A stretch of 64,000 nucleotides of DNA from Eledone cirrhosa (taxonomy: Eukaryota). The stretch lies in NCBI GenBank assembly GCA_964016885.1, contig OZ024741.1:393142001-393206000 (forward strand). The letters are read 5' to 3'. The notes under the pieces are model-generated. The model was not told where the DNA came from. It did not search any database and saw only the letters and a list, made by a program, of their open reading frames with translations. Position 1 is the stretch's first letter. Each line of letters starts with the position of its first letter. Positions 39,731 to 52,223 of the stretch are shown piece after piece. Both the position numbers and the translations under genes were made by a program.

Positions 39731-39780
<50 letters not shown>

Positions 39781-39789
39781 CAGAGCTGT

Positions 39790-41480
39790 TCTACTATAGA
39801 ACAGGTTGCAGGTGGTGGATAGCTATATGGCCACCAAATACGAATGAAGAGGCCCTAATAGACTTCTGTTCTAACAATGAACTCTCTATCATGAACGCCT
39901 TTTTCCAGCAGAGACATCCATAAATATACATGATATAAGGGGAATCAGGGACAGAAATGAATAATTGATTTTGTAACTGTCACTGATCTCTTTGATTCTC
40001 TGCTGGATGATCATGTTAAGAGAGAGGCTGAGATGTCAGCTGATCACCATTTAGTTATAAACTGGACTTCAGATCAACAAATAAAGTGTTCTGGCAAACC
40101 ATCCACCGACTTCCTAATAAGAAGTCTCCTTCAACATCTGCTATCAGGAACGTGTCTGGGGTTCTCCTCTCCTCAGAGAGGTACACCCTCATAAGGTGGA
40201 GAGAATACTTTGCTGATCTCCTAAACCTGATCACAACAGCATCTTTGGATGTACATGAGGTGCATCTGGGAGCGGTGACTAATCTATCAGAGGCTGAAGT
40301 CACAAGAGTAGTTAAAGAGCTGAAATGTAGCAAGGCCGCTGGGGAAGATGAAATGCAGCCAAAAATGTTAAAAACCTTAAATAGAGATGGTATTTTATGG
40401 TTGACTTGTGCAAGCCAGGTAGTCTGGATCTCTGGAAAGGCACCTAAACAATGGCAATTGGGAGTGATAATCCTTTCTCTTCTTTTCACACTTATTCCTG
40501 AGAGGATCGTGGGGGCAGACTCCTTCCAGCGGGTCCTGTCTTAAGCAACTGTTTTTAACTGATCTGGCTGGATCCCCAAACATGACTAGCCAAGCTCATA
40601 GATGTTATCCAACCATCTTGCTCAGAGTCCATCCCTGGGTCTCTTGCCAGTTGCTTTTGCCTGTAACATGTCCAGCAATTCTTTCCTGACACATTCTAAC
40701 CTCGTGCACATAGTATCGGAGTTGTGATCTCTCAATTTGGAGAAGCAGCGACTCTACATGGAGTGATTCCCTGATTTCCAAGTTATACACTTTATCGAGT
40801 AATGTTACTTCAAAGACCTGTCGGAGGAATCCCATTTTAACTGTTTCTATTGGCGATTGTATTCTTTCAGTCATTACCCAAGATTCATGACTATAGGTAA
40901 GGGTTGGTATGAGTACCCAACTGAAGATAGCGAATTTGGCTTTTACACCTACCTCCCTCCTATTACCGAATGATGAAGCAGGCGCATTACTGCACCAGCT
41001 CCTGCAATTCATGCACTTAATTCAGCCTCCTGCCTTCCATCACTTGTGAAAATGGTCCCGAGATACCTGAACATCTCCACCTGCATTAGTGGAACTCCAT
41101 TCACATGTAGTGTGCACTGTGCAGGCTTCCTTGAGGGGACAAGTGTTTCAGTATTCACAGCACTGATTTTCATTGCAGCCATGCAGCACCCAGCATCAGT
41201 CCTATTAAGTGCAAGTCAGAAATCACAGCTCTGAAACTATAGGCATGTGGTTAGAATGACTCAGGAAAGAATTGCTGGACAGAACTTAAGGGCAAAACCA
41301 ACCGGCAGGAGACCCAAGCAAGATGGTTGGATAACATCAATCAGCTTGACTGGTCTCGCTTGCGGATCCAGCTGGATCAGTTGGAGATGGTTGCTTCTGA
41401 CAGGACCTGCTGGAAATAGTGTTTGAGGAGTCTGCCGCCATGACCCTATCAGGAATAAGTGGGCAAAGGAGAAGAAGAAT
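39790..41480. mobile_element. Cluster of old RTE-type LINE pieces (+ 39790-40470; - 40475-41240; + 41245-41480)
   Basis: RWREYF..LLN, KAAGEDE; LTYSHESW, RSQLRYY.HE.RM. The 3' ends at 40475-40700 and 41245-41480 are inverted homologues; a further remnant lies at ~62020-62145. Confidence 0.75.
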
Positions 41481-44400
41481 ATATATATATCAATTTTACA
41501 TCCCCTTGCCATGCGTTACAGTCTGTGACTAGATAGGGTGGAATGACCTTATCTTGCTCTTACATTCCATATTTGACATGGCTTCTATATTCATCATGCT
41601 CTTCCTAATTGTCAAATGAACTTCTAGTCTTTGTTGAAGATATGCTCAAGTTTATCATTAGCAGAACCAAACACATCAATAATAATAATAAGACAAGATT
41701 TCTCAAGTTAACTTAGAAAACAGTTCTGTGAAGTAGAATTGTTTATGCAATATTAATTGTTTCTACTTTAGGCACAAGGCCAGCAATTACCCAGTGCATT
41801 ACTGGTACTTTATTTTATCAACCCCGTAAGGATGAAAGGCAAAGTTAAGCTCGGCGGCAATATTAATAACAGACAACTATAACAAATATATATTAAAATT
41901 TTAAGCAAATGCTAATTTTTTTTCTATAGATAGGATTACTGAATGACATAAGACAAGAAAATGAAAATAAACAACAGAAATCTTCATACACAATGCAATA
42001 ACTGAAAGCTTAAAAAAATATATATTAAATAAAAAAAAAGAGTACCAAAAATATGAAATAAAAATACATACAATATATAAATATCATTATCATTTACTAA
42101 AGACACTAATGAAAAAAGTTTTGCTAAACACCACTTAACACAATGAATAGGAATACTAAAAAAATGGCAAATGAATAAAAAGGTAGATACAAAAACAAAA
42201 CTAGCTTTCTTGGAATCTAATGACTCAGAAAGAGTGCTTTAAGGTGTTAAAAGTATTATCACAATGAGACATTGTAAAAGTTATGATGTAACTTACATTG
42301 GAGAAACTTGCATTATTTTGAGCTGTTGATTGACATTGCACCTGCGAAAATTTACACCTTATTTATTAATAGTCAATTTTTATATTGACTAATTTATACC
42401 TTGAAATACGAGTCACATTACATTAAAATTAAGCAGAAAATATATACAAAATCAATAGCCCTTTTCTGTAATTTTCTAGATTTAAATCACAATAAAAGAG
42501 CACATTTGATCTTTGGTGAGCACTTTGTGCTGGAATAAACTTGGATCAAAGAAAATACAATTCTTTCTATAATTGATATGGAAAGATATTGTATTTAAAC
42601 ATTATATCCTACTAAATATTACAAATATCTTTCGATTTAATATAGATGATAACCAGGATGAAGGTATATAAATATAGAATTTATTCAATTTAAGAAACTG
42701 AAAAAAGGACTCATAAACTTTTAGAAAAAAAATATATAATAGAAAAGGGATTTTATTCTTCATAGCAAAACCTATTATAATAAAATCTATTATTTGAATA
42801 GTAACTGTCACTTTTCTTTTCTTTTTTTTTCTGTTGCAATTCTAACTTATTGAAAGTTTGTTGTGGGTATAATACCAAAATATTTTGTTTCTCCAGAAAG
42901 AAATGAGCTGAGTATGATTCATTGTATGTACAACTAAATCTTCTTCAAACATGGAACGCAAATCAACCAAGAAAATAGCTGCTGAACATTAAAGACTTCA
43001 TATGGGATGCAAAGGCCCAACACTTACTGGGTATTGTACCTGTGGCAGAGAAAAACCAAGCATGAAAGGGAGAAAAATGGTGAGGTCAGAGTTTAGGATA
43101 TTGAGACGCACAGACATGATGATGCAATACCAAGGAATGCTGCTGTTATATTGCAGACGATTTCTATTTGCATCAGTAGACAAAAACAAAATTATTGTTA
43201 TTATTTTGATGTTTGGATTTTGCTTTGTGCTTGTGTGAACTGACTCCAAGTTTCACTCAGAGACCTCAAAAGATAGCAAGTTATAAGTCCATGCAGGCAT
43301 TATGACTAGGATGGTTGATAACTGCTATGTTATTGGAGAGGAATGAAGTTTGGTGATAAGGATTTGTGCTTTAATTGTGTCTTGGGTTCCTAAGAAGTTC
43401 TAGAAAATGTGTCAAAACATTAGAAAATTATAAGTTTGTCTAAAAGTAGTTTGGTGCTAAAATGATAGTATGACAATAAAATAACAATAAAAACTATTTG
43501 CTATTAGGTACTTTTAAAAGGTTTTTTTGATAATATTTAAGAAAAGGTTTTTGGAGTTACATAGTGTTTTATGAAGGATATGAGCAGTCCCCATGAGTAC
43601 TATTTTCTGAATTTTTTCCATTTTGGGATACCCTGGGATTTGAGATAGGTAATAATCAGCCCCATTTCTTTTCTTTTGAAAAAGCGGTCCAAACTTTGAA
43701 ATATTGTTAAATATAAGGTAATATGTAAGCTGTTGTTTTGTTTTCTTGTCTTTGTATTTCTAATTTGCATTGTACACCATCTAACACATGCAATTGTGGA
43801 AAAATAGATGTTAAATGATGATGACACAATAGTTACTGTTACTGATGGCCCTAGCAGAAATTTGGGAGAAGATATGAAGACGAAAAAATCAAACTTGCTT
43901 TATTCAAAAGTAGTAGAAGAAAACAATACATAATGTAAAAAGAAATGTTTTTGCATGGAAAGATTTGTCTGAACATTCCAGAACATTTATTCTATATTAA
44001 TTTTTTCAACCACATACAAGAAACACTACACCATAGATGTTTCTTTCATATTCTTCAGTATTCCTCCTAATTTTTTGTTTGTGGCTCTTGTTGCAAATGA
44101 CTCTCGTAGAAAGAGATGCAAAGGAAATAGAAAAAAGTCAAATATTTTCTTTCCATCTCTCATAAGTACATTAACTCTGTTAACTTAGTACCCACAAGTT
44201 TTTTTGTCTTGTTCGTTGCTAGCAAGTAATGAGTAGAGATTTGCTTGCTAAACTGCATAAATCACAGACCCAACAACCTGTCTTATTTTCCAGTTGTCTT
44301 TGCTACTGTTTGTTTTTATCTAAATTGATTTATCTTTACTTGCCAGATGCTGCAGATCTCACAGGGTAGAGAGGGCCCTGAGTCCAGAAAGATAAAATAA

Positions 44401-44490
44401 TTTCTTTAGTGCTGATGACAAAATAAAATTAATACCTTTGGTTCAAGCGTTGCAGAAGCACGACTTGCAGGACTCTTGTAGCAAGAAATA

Positions 44491-44898
44491 CTGTATATAC
44501 TCAAATATAAGCTGATCCCCTATTTTATGCCTGAGAAATTGGCAAAAATGCAAACCCTGTATATAAGCCGAAGTAGATAATCAACACATTATGTTTAGAT
44601 GGTGCAGTTTTGAAAATATATTTATGAAGTTTTAATATTTTGATATTTAAAATGTTTTAAGTATCATTTAGAGTATAGTTTTTGTTTCACAACTCCATTA
44701 CATAATGATTTTTTTTTTACCATTGAAATTAAAACCAGTGTTAATATTCACATTCAAATTGAAAATATTTTAACCTTATTTACATAGAATTTTGAAGTTG
44801 GTGAAAATCGGCAAAATATTAACCACAAATATAAGCATCAATATTTTACCATCAACTTTTTGTCACATATTTCTCAGCTTATATATGAGTATATGCAT
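44491..44898. mobile_element. Tc2/pogo-like MITE
   Basis: Ends CTGTATATACTCAAATATAAGCTGA / TCAGCTTATATATGAGTATATGCA, preceded by TA. Confidence 0.65.
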
Positions 44899-45817
44899 CT
44901 TGGAAAGAGAGACTAGATTATATTGTGGACTAATTTTTCTACAAACAAACAAAACATACAGACAGCAACATTTGCATTCAACAAGATGCAAAACTATACT
45001 CAATCCTCAAATACTAAAGCAAAGATTGTGATTAGCAGAGGCTTCTGTTGGATATCCCAGGTATGAGACTCCTATTTAGACAGTTATGGCAGAGGTGCCT
45101 GTTTCACATATGTGTGTTTTGTCCTTTCCTCATAATGACAAAACAGCTTTATCTGGATATCCCTGCTTTCTCTATACAGCTAAGATGGTTCCCCAAATTA
45201 TGTATTCTTACCTAAACTTGTCATTCACTGACTGTTCACCCTGATACAAATGCAACCAAATGAATCTGCTGTAAATGTTGTGATCAAACAGCCTAGGATA
45301 TAAGGCTGTCACTCCAATACTTGCTGTCCTCTCCACTGAAGAATTGCTGACTGTGAACATCTTTTTGGTATTGCTTATTGTGATTAGCAATTAAAATTTG
45401 GACATCCATGAATGAAAACTGAAAACTACCACAAGCAACTCCAAATATATGTATAGAGAAACTAAGTTGAATCTATACAATAGGTCATTTTCAAACCACC
45501 ATTTGACTCAAATAATTACAGGTAAGAAAAAAAATTCAAGGTACTTGTTTTTGTAAGTAAAGTATAAAGTTTTTGAAAATCATATTCCCTTAGAAGAAGA
45601 ATGATATTTCAGACCTCTCAAAGTGTGGTAATGGTGAAGAATTAAAATTTCTGCAGAAATTTTAATTCTTCACTACTTTTACACTTCAGTACATGAAGAA
45701 CACAAAAATATTTTTCTCTCTCTGATAAAGGAGTTAGTCCAAAATCTCAGGAAACTCTTCTTCCAACAACATACAAACATGAAAAGCTTAGTACTTTATC
45801 AAATAATTACAACTTAC

Positions 45818-45999
45818 TCTTGCTGATGTTTCTCAGCATCCCATTCTCTTCGCCATTCTCCTGAAGCAGATTTTTGTCTCTCAATTCTTTCTTTGTCAAC
45901 TCGTTCTCTCTCTGCTTTCCATTCCATGTATTGACGTCGCTCACGACCTGTCATCGATATAGACATCTCCATTTTTGTCGGAGGAGTAGAATTGAAACT
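45818..45999 (-). CDS. CCDC9: CCDC9-like exon carrying the conserved core (SMTGRERRQYMEWKAERERVDKERIERQKSASGEWRREWDAEK)
   Basis: T-rich tract + TAG acceptor, GTAAGT donor, 182 nt, phase 0-2. Strongly resembles the recalled CCDC9/DUF4594 signature SMTGRER..Y..WK.ERE..D.ER..R....G.WRREWDAEK. Confidence 0.92.
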
Positions 46000-47631
46000 C
46001 TATTAATAGAAAAAATAAAATAAAATCAGATTTAAGGTATCCAACTATAAACTGGACTTCAATATAAATAATTGTACTAAATTCCCAAATATATCATTAC
46101 AGAGTTAATATTTGTTAGTCTGAAAAGTATTGAAAGTGATGTGGTATGTAATTATCATTGAATGTCAAAATCAGGAAGACTTGCAGAATTTAATTAGGTC
46201 TCATTATAGTCAAATTTCACCAAGGTTGACTATACTTACCATTCTTCCTGGATTGATAAAATAAATGTCAGTACTGTGATTGATTTAATCAACAGTTCTC
46301 TATTCCGAAATTTGTGGCTTTATTATATGTATTTTATTATATCACTATGAATTTCATAGATATATGTTGTCAAGTACACAAATTAGGACAAATATCAGAG
46401 TGTACAGTAAGTAACAAGAACAAACTTAGCTTCAACTGCTAGACAGTTACATTCATCATCATCATGTAACGTCCATTTTCCACACAATTATGGGTTAGAT
46501 GAGTTGTCCCGTTGTGAGACAAGTCCAATCAGGTGACTGTGTCTTGCTCATACAGAACTGTTTCTGGCGTGGTTTCTATGGCAGGATGCCCTTCTTAACT
46601 CCAACCACATTTCTGTCTCAAAGTATAGGTAAAATAAGTTGAGAAGAACTACTAGTTGCTTCAGATCTTGCAACGACAGACTTCATCTAATATTTGGTGA
46701 AAGGTTTTTGAAACAGTTGGGTTGGTGCCATATATGGATCATTTCAAGTGCAAGCCAAAAACAACATCTGAGTCTTGAAGAAGAAATCTATCATGGCATG
46801 AGTCAATGAAACAAGAATGAAAAATCAGCATGATGATAAACCAATATTAAAGATTTTCAATAGGGATAGTTTATCAATGAAGCAGATGACTTTTTCTTGA
46901 ATGTAATATATATAATACCAGGGATCAATAGAGGTGCAATATTCCCAATTTAACTAGTGAGGTTGACCTTATGAAATGTTAACATGAATTGCAAAGCTGA
47001 AATATTACTTGATTCAAAAGAGCAAGCCAAGTATCCTTGATGCTATTTTAACAGTTTTGCAAATATTGAGCTTTCAAGAAAGATCACTGACAATGTTGAC
47101 TGGAAGATGAGCTTGAGCAGTGTTTCAGTGAGGTAGCAGGCTTACGAATCAGTTGTTGAATGCTGCCATCTCATCCATGCATTTAAAACATACGATTGTG
47201 AAATCCTTTATTGATGGAAGGGAGGAGGGGGGCATGTAGGACTGCTTTTATCAATGCAAACAATATGAGATTTAAAAGAAGAGGAATAAACTTTGGAGAA
47301 AGGGATAAATTAGCATATATTTCATGAAGACAAGAAACAAAGTCAGAAAAATGAGTAGCAAACTGAGTCAGAGAAGAAATGAAGATAAAATTATTTTAAA
47401 AGTGGTTTGCACTTTTTAAGAATACCATTTTGTCAGGATTTTAGTATACTAAAAAAAAAGTAACAGAACACTGAAGATATATTTTGAAAAATCTTTTTGA
47501 ATAACAAATGTGTAGTAATGATAAAATGTTAGAGTTTAACAAATATGTCTATTAAAGTAATAACTGTTTTAACACAATTTCAATCCAACTCTTTTAAAGC
47601 ATTTCTCACAATGTTGAACTTTGTTGCTTAC

Positions 47632-47883
47632 CTGTCTATCTCTTGCAGCTTTCATTTTTGATTTCACATTTTGAAAATCAATTCCACCATAGTTTTTGGG
47701 GTGCCTACGAATATCTTTTATACGATTATCTTTTATGCTGCATTCTCCCCCTCCTCCTCTCCCGCCACTGCCACTACTTCCCCCTCCTCCTCCTCCTCCT
47801 CCATCCCTGTCGCCTCGGTCATAACCAGGACCTTCACGGCGTCTATCTGCAAGGAAGTTGTAGGCAGGGTCAGGTGGTGGGCC
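47632..47883 (-). CDS. CCDC9: CCDC9-like exon (GPPPDPAYNFLADRRR...Gly-rich...RHPKNYGGIDFQNVKSKMKAARDRQ)
   Basis: TAG acceptor, GTAAG donor, 252 nt, phase 0-0. P-x-x-NFL-x-D-x-RR and N(Y/W)GG-x-DF-x-x-V motifs resemble vertebrate CCDC9 as recalled. Confidence 0.88.
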
Positions 47884-47976
47884 CTATAAATTACAAAGAG
47901 AAACAACAAACATTATAAGAAATAATCTGAGATGTTATTTTACAGACTAACAATATAATAGTATCACATCATTTCA

Positions 47977-48299
47977 CTTTACATCCGCTTTTCCCTGCTT
48001 GCAAGGGTAGGACGGGAACTGATTCTGGCTTGATTTCTACAGCTGGATGCCCTTCTTAACACCAACCTCATTTACAGTGAGTGCTGGGTGCTTTTTTGCC
48101 GTGGCACCTCCACGACCACTTTGCAGTGGAATGATAGGGACCCCGTCCCTATCATCTCACTTCTACAGCTGAGTAAACTGGAGCAATGTGAAATAAAGTG
48201 TCTTGCTCAAGGAAACAACACATCACCCGGTCTGAGAATTGAACTCACAACCTTTCGATTGCAGGGCCAATGCTCTAACCACTAAGCCATGAGCCTCCA
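47977..48299 (-). mobile_element. Second copy of the same SINE
   Basis: Near-identical to 11344-11714, with one fewer tail unit. Confidence 0.88.
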
Positions 48300-50866
48300 C
48301 AATATATATATATATAATTAATACACCTCTCAAAGGCGATGACACACGACCGTGACCTCTGGCATCACGCAATAATACAGAGTACCCGACCTCCCATGGG
48401 TACAAGCTGAAGCATATAGACAATATGCCCCCACACCCCCCACTGCAAGGTGGTCGTGGAGGTGCCACAGCAAAAAAGCACCCAGCCCACACTGTAAAGT
48501 GGACGTGTAGGCGCCACGGAAAAGCACCCAACACTCAGTGTAAATGAGGTTGGTGTTAGGAAGGGCATCCAGCTGTAGAAATCAAGCCAATTCAGTTCCT
48601 GTATGAGCAAGGCATGGTCAGCCGACCAGACACTGCCCACAACAGGACAACCCGTCTAACCCATGCTAGTGTGGAAGAACGGACGTAAAACGGTGATGAT
48701 GAAGAACAAGGTGTCAGAGTACCATCATTAAGTTTATTCAGGTGTGACATGTGTTCCACTATTGTTCAGCTCAAGGTTTGATCTGTATTACTCATGCCCG
48801 ACTCTGGAATAAAAGGCTCATCAGACTCTTGGTCTGTTAATGATGGGAGATATCCTATCTGCTTACAGCTTAAAAAAAACATTTCTCATTCAATTGGGGT
48901 ATTCTGTCGTTCTTTGTTTTTATTGGTTGTTTGGGGTAGAAAGATGTAGAAGATTACACCACCTAGCGTCGTCTTTGGAGGCAGTCGATTAACTGCCCTT
49001 AGTTCTGACGTCAGTAGCTGAATAAACCCTCTTCGGCTTTTGTATCTCGAGGTGAACAGACGTGTTTTCACAGCAACGAAACAGCGACATCACATCATGC
49101 GGTCACAGGATAATTGAAGACCGCTAATTAATGATAATTGGCAATTATCATTAATAACTGAGAGGCTTCAAGGGTAAAGAATCTGCTTTGGTGTTGATTT
49201 GGGTTCTTAATCTCTTTGGGGTGGTTGGCTTTAAATGTTTTCTGCCAGGGTCATTTGGTTGACCATAGCTATATTTTATGTTGTCATGTATATTGGTATA
49301 GTTATCAGAACATACACACAAGCACATATACAAACAAACCCGACACATGTGTATACGGGTTCACACACATGCGAGGACATGATTACATATATATATATAC
49401 ATTGACTATTCAATCTCTTGGAGAACGATTTCGAAAGCGCCCGCATACCGAAATATGGCTCTGTCAGGAATTTGTCATTTATGTATTGAAGAAATATTTC
49501 ACATAATTACCAATCAAAAAGAAAGTATTATTTAACTCTTGTTTGCATCATCAGTCTAAGACTTTTGGAAGTATCTATAATCTATAGAAAATATTATCTA
49601 TAGCCTCTATATCTCACCTGTTTACATTTTATATGTCTTCGCCGTGCTTTGTTGGGTTTTTTGTGATGTTTTTAAATGATATTTTTGAATGTATTTTTTT
49701 TTTGCGATGCTTTTGATATTTTCGAATATACTTTGGATGACTGTAGAATTTTTTCCTAATAGACTCTATAGGCATTGTAAATCCATACATACAAATACTT
49801 AATATCATTAAACTTATGCATAGATTATAAGGAATGTTATCAAAATACGTACAAAAATTTTTATCTTAGAAAATATGTAATATATGATACTATAAAATAA
49901 TTTTTCCATATATCATAATTAGAATATTATTTTGAAGTAAATTCTAGAATAAACGGTAAACATAACTTAACTATCTAAACTAAGAAATATTAGTTATCTT
50001 TTCCTTTGAAATACAACACACATTTTTTCTAAGTAACAGGTAAACTTTACGTAAATATTAAAAGTCATTAAAACTTCGTAAATTTATTCCTATCTAGATG
50101 CAACTATTGAATATATAAAATAGTGTACATCTTCTATACTAAAATAGAACTACTTAAACCATATATTGAAAATGTAAACAAAAATTATCGTAACTCTTCA
50201 TATATAAAAAATATAAAAAATATATAAATTATCTATCCATTAGAAAAAAAACATATATACTCACCAAAATTATTTATATATATATATAACTAACCTGTCG
50301 TAATATAATAAAATAAAATATACTTACAACTCTAATCTTCATAAAATATACTTATAAATACTATCTTTATAAATACTATTTAAAACACACCAATAGAATA
50401 GACCCAATCGTATATATGATTACAATATTTCTCACTCTTTAAATTAATATTCCCTCACTTTAACAGTTATAATTCTCACATTATATTATAGATACTCCCA
50501 AAATATAAAATTAAATAATAAAATAAATATAATTATTTCACTCTCTCTACACCCTCACAAATATGCTCCATACAATTATATACATATATTCCTATTAATA
50601 GTCTATTAACTCTAATATATTTCTTCTCGTACACTTTCCTTAAATTTCTTCCACCCTAATAATAACCTCTATTTCCTTTTCCTTTAAAAATAATCCTAAT
50701 AATTATTTAAATTTACCTAGCGTCTAAACATAACTATCTTTTTCAATTTTAACATTATCCTCATTAGCATATTCATCCTACGATTTGAAGTTCTTCACTA
50801 TTCAAACAGAACTCAAAACGTTAAGTTCTAGTTTTGAATATGTCACTATCTGTAAAACAACTTTTG

Positions 50867-50927
50867 TATTTTATCTGATGAGAGCATACTAAAAATGTTG
50901 GTACCCTTGAATATATATAATAAAATA
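50867..50927 (+). ncRNA. Degenerate hammerhead of the 19.1-19.3 kb family (GAAA shortened to GAA)
   Basis: TATTTTAT-CTGATGA-GAGCATACTAAAAATGTTGGTACCCTT-GAA-TATATATA-ATAAAATA; flanks similar to 19211-19370. Confidence 0.7.
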
Positions 50928-50953
50928 AATATGGTTTTATAAAGATAGTTTCC

Positions 50954-51075
50954 ATTTAGTTTATAACAGATTAGAAGCAATCTACAGGATTTTTTCTGGA
51001 GTATAATATTAATATTATTGATATTATACTCCAGAAAAAATCTGTAGAGTGCTTCTAATCTGTTATAAACTAAAT
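50954..51075. repeat. Inverted repeat (~56-bp arms) of the same family as 18960-19060
   Basis: ATTTAGTTTATAACAGATTAGAAGCA...CTGGAGTATAATAT / ATATTATACTCCAG...TGCTTCTAATCTGTTATAAACTAAAT. Confidence 0.85.
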
Positions 51076-52223
51076 TTGTTGAATAACCAACAAATTAAAT
51101 AACTCATTGCTTATAGATATTGGTGTTCTTGACAATATCCAAATGTAGTAAAGGAATGAGGTTAAAATGTATCACTTTAAAAAATTATATCTTTAGTTAT
51201 AAAAACATTTTACTAAATGCTACTTGTCTTATATAGCTGTTCTATTGTGTCTTTACTAGTTCTATGAAACAAAGCCACCCATTTTAAAGTGCTCCAATTT
51301 ACATTAAAATCTTCCATCATTATCATCATCATTTAAGGTTTTCTCTGTTAGTCAGTACTCAAGTGATGTCACTGACTTTTCTGATGAGCTAGGGGTATGC
51401 ATCTTGCTTACATATATTCCATACTCTACGAAGTGCATTTTCTCATAACACTAGCACTAAGGAGATTGTCATGTCTTTGATACAACTAAAGAGACCATCC
51501 AACCCTTTGTTTCGCAAGCTGTCTTTGGCCTGATGCCTTTCCTACCATCAACCATTTTGCAGAGGGAACTGGGTGTTTTTATCATGTACATCACTAACAC
51601 TAGGGAAGTTGTCATGTCTTTGACACAACTGAAGAGACTATCCAACCCTTTGGCAAGCTTTCTACGGCTGTACTGGGTGTGTTTATCCTGTAGAATACCA
51701 ACACTAGAGAGGCTGTTATGTCATTGATACAACTGAAAAGTCCTCTGGACCCTTTCTAGCAGGATACCCTTCCTATCGCCAACCATTTATAGGGTACACT
51801 GGATGCATTTTTCATGGCACCAGCACTAGACAGGTTGTCAGTCATTGACTCATCTGTAAAGACTTTTCAACCCTATGGGAGAGACGGAAGATAATATTAT
51901 TGGTGTATGATGAGTGTGGTGCAATTTAACAGGGTGATGAGTAGGAGAGGGGTGTGACCTTCGATAGCATGAGGGATCATTAAAATTGCTAAGGTAACTT
52001 TCTATCGTCCTCACTTTTTTATTCTTCTATCTACTTTCTCAAATTCTTATTACGTTGACATGTTTACCTAACACACATTGTTGAGCTTTCAAATAACCAA
52101 ACTTATTTCCTAGTCATATTTATGTCATATTCCACAATGCTTCAAGCAAACTACAACATTCTATATGTATTCACACACACATATATACACATGCACTTAC
52201 ATATATATATATATATATATATA

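Larger units (their letters stand above)
39407..39737. repeat. Foldback element with 159-bp arms and 13-nt loop
   Basis: 39407-39565 pairs with 39579-39737; two mismatches seen. (TA)n tracts at ~39298-39313 and 39734-39777. Confidence 0.95.

Noticed and set aside
44436-44490. 55-nt exon using the CAG at 44491-44493
   Set aside because: That acceptor is the terminus of a Tc2-like MITE, and the resulting phase leads to a stop in the 26844 exon.
48790-48830. Minus-strand CTGATGAGCC...GGC motif (also isolated CTGATGA at ~44413, 51381, 54199, 61981)
   Set aside because: No GAAA/UH and no closing stems; expected by chance.
48880-49160. Solo-LTR-like segment with AATAAA and a 13-bp palindrome at ~49128-49154
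   Set aside because: No defined TG...CA ends with a TSD and no second copy in the window.
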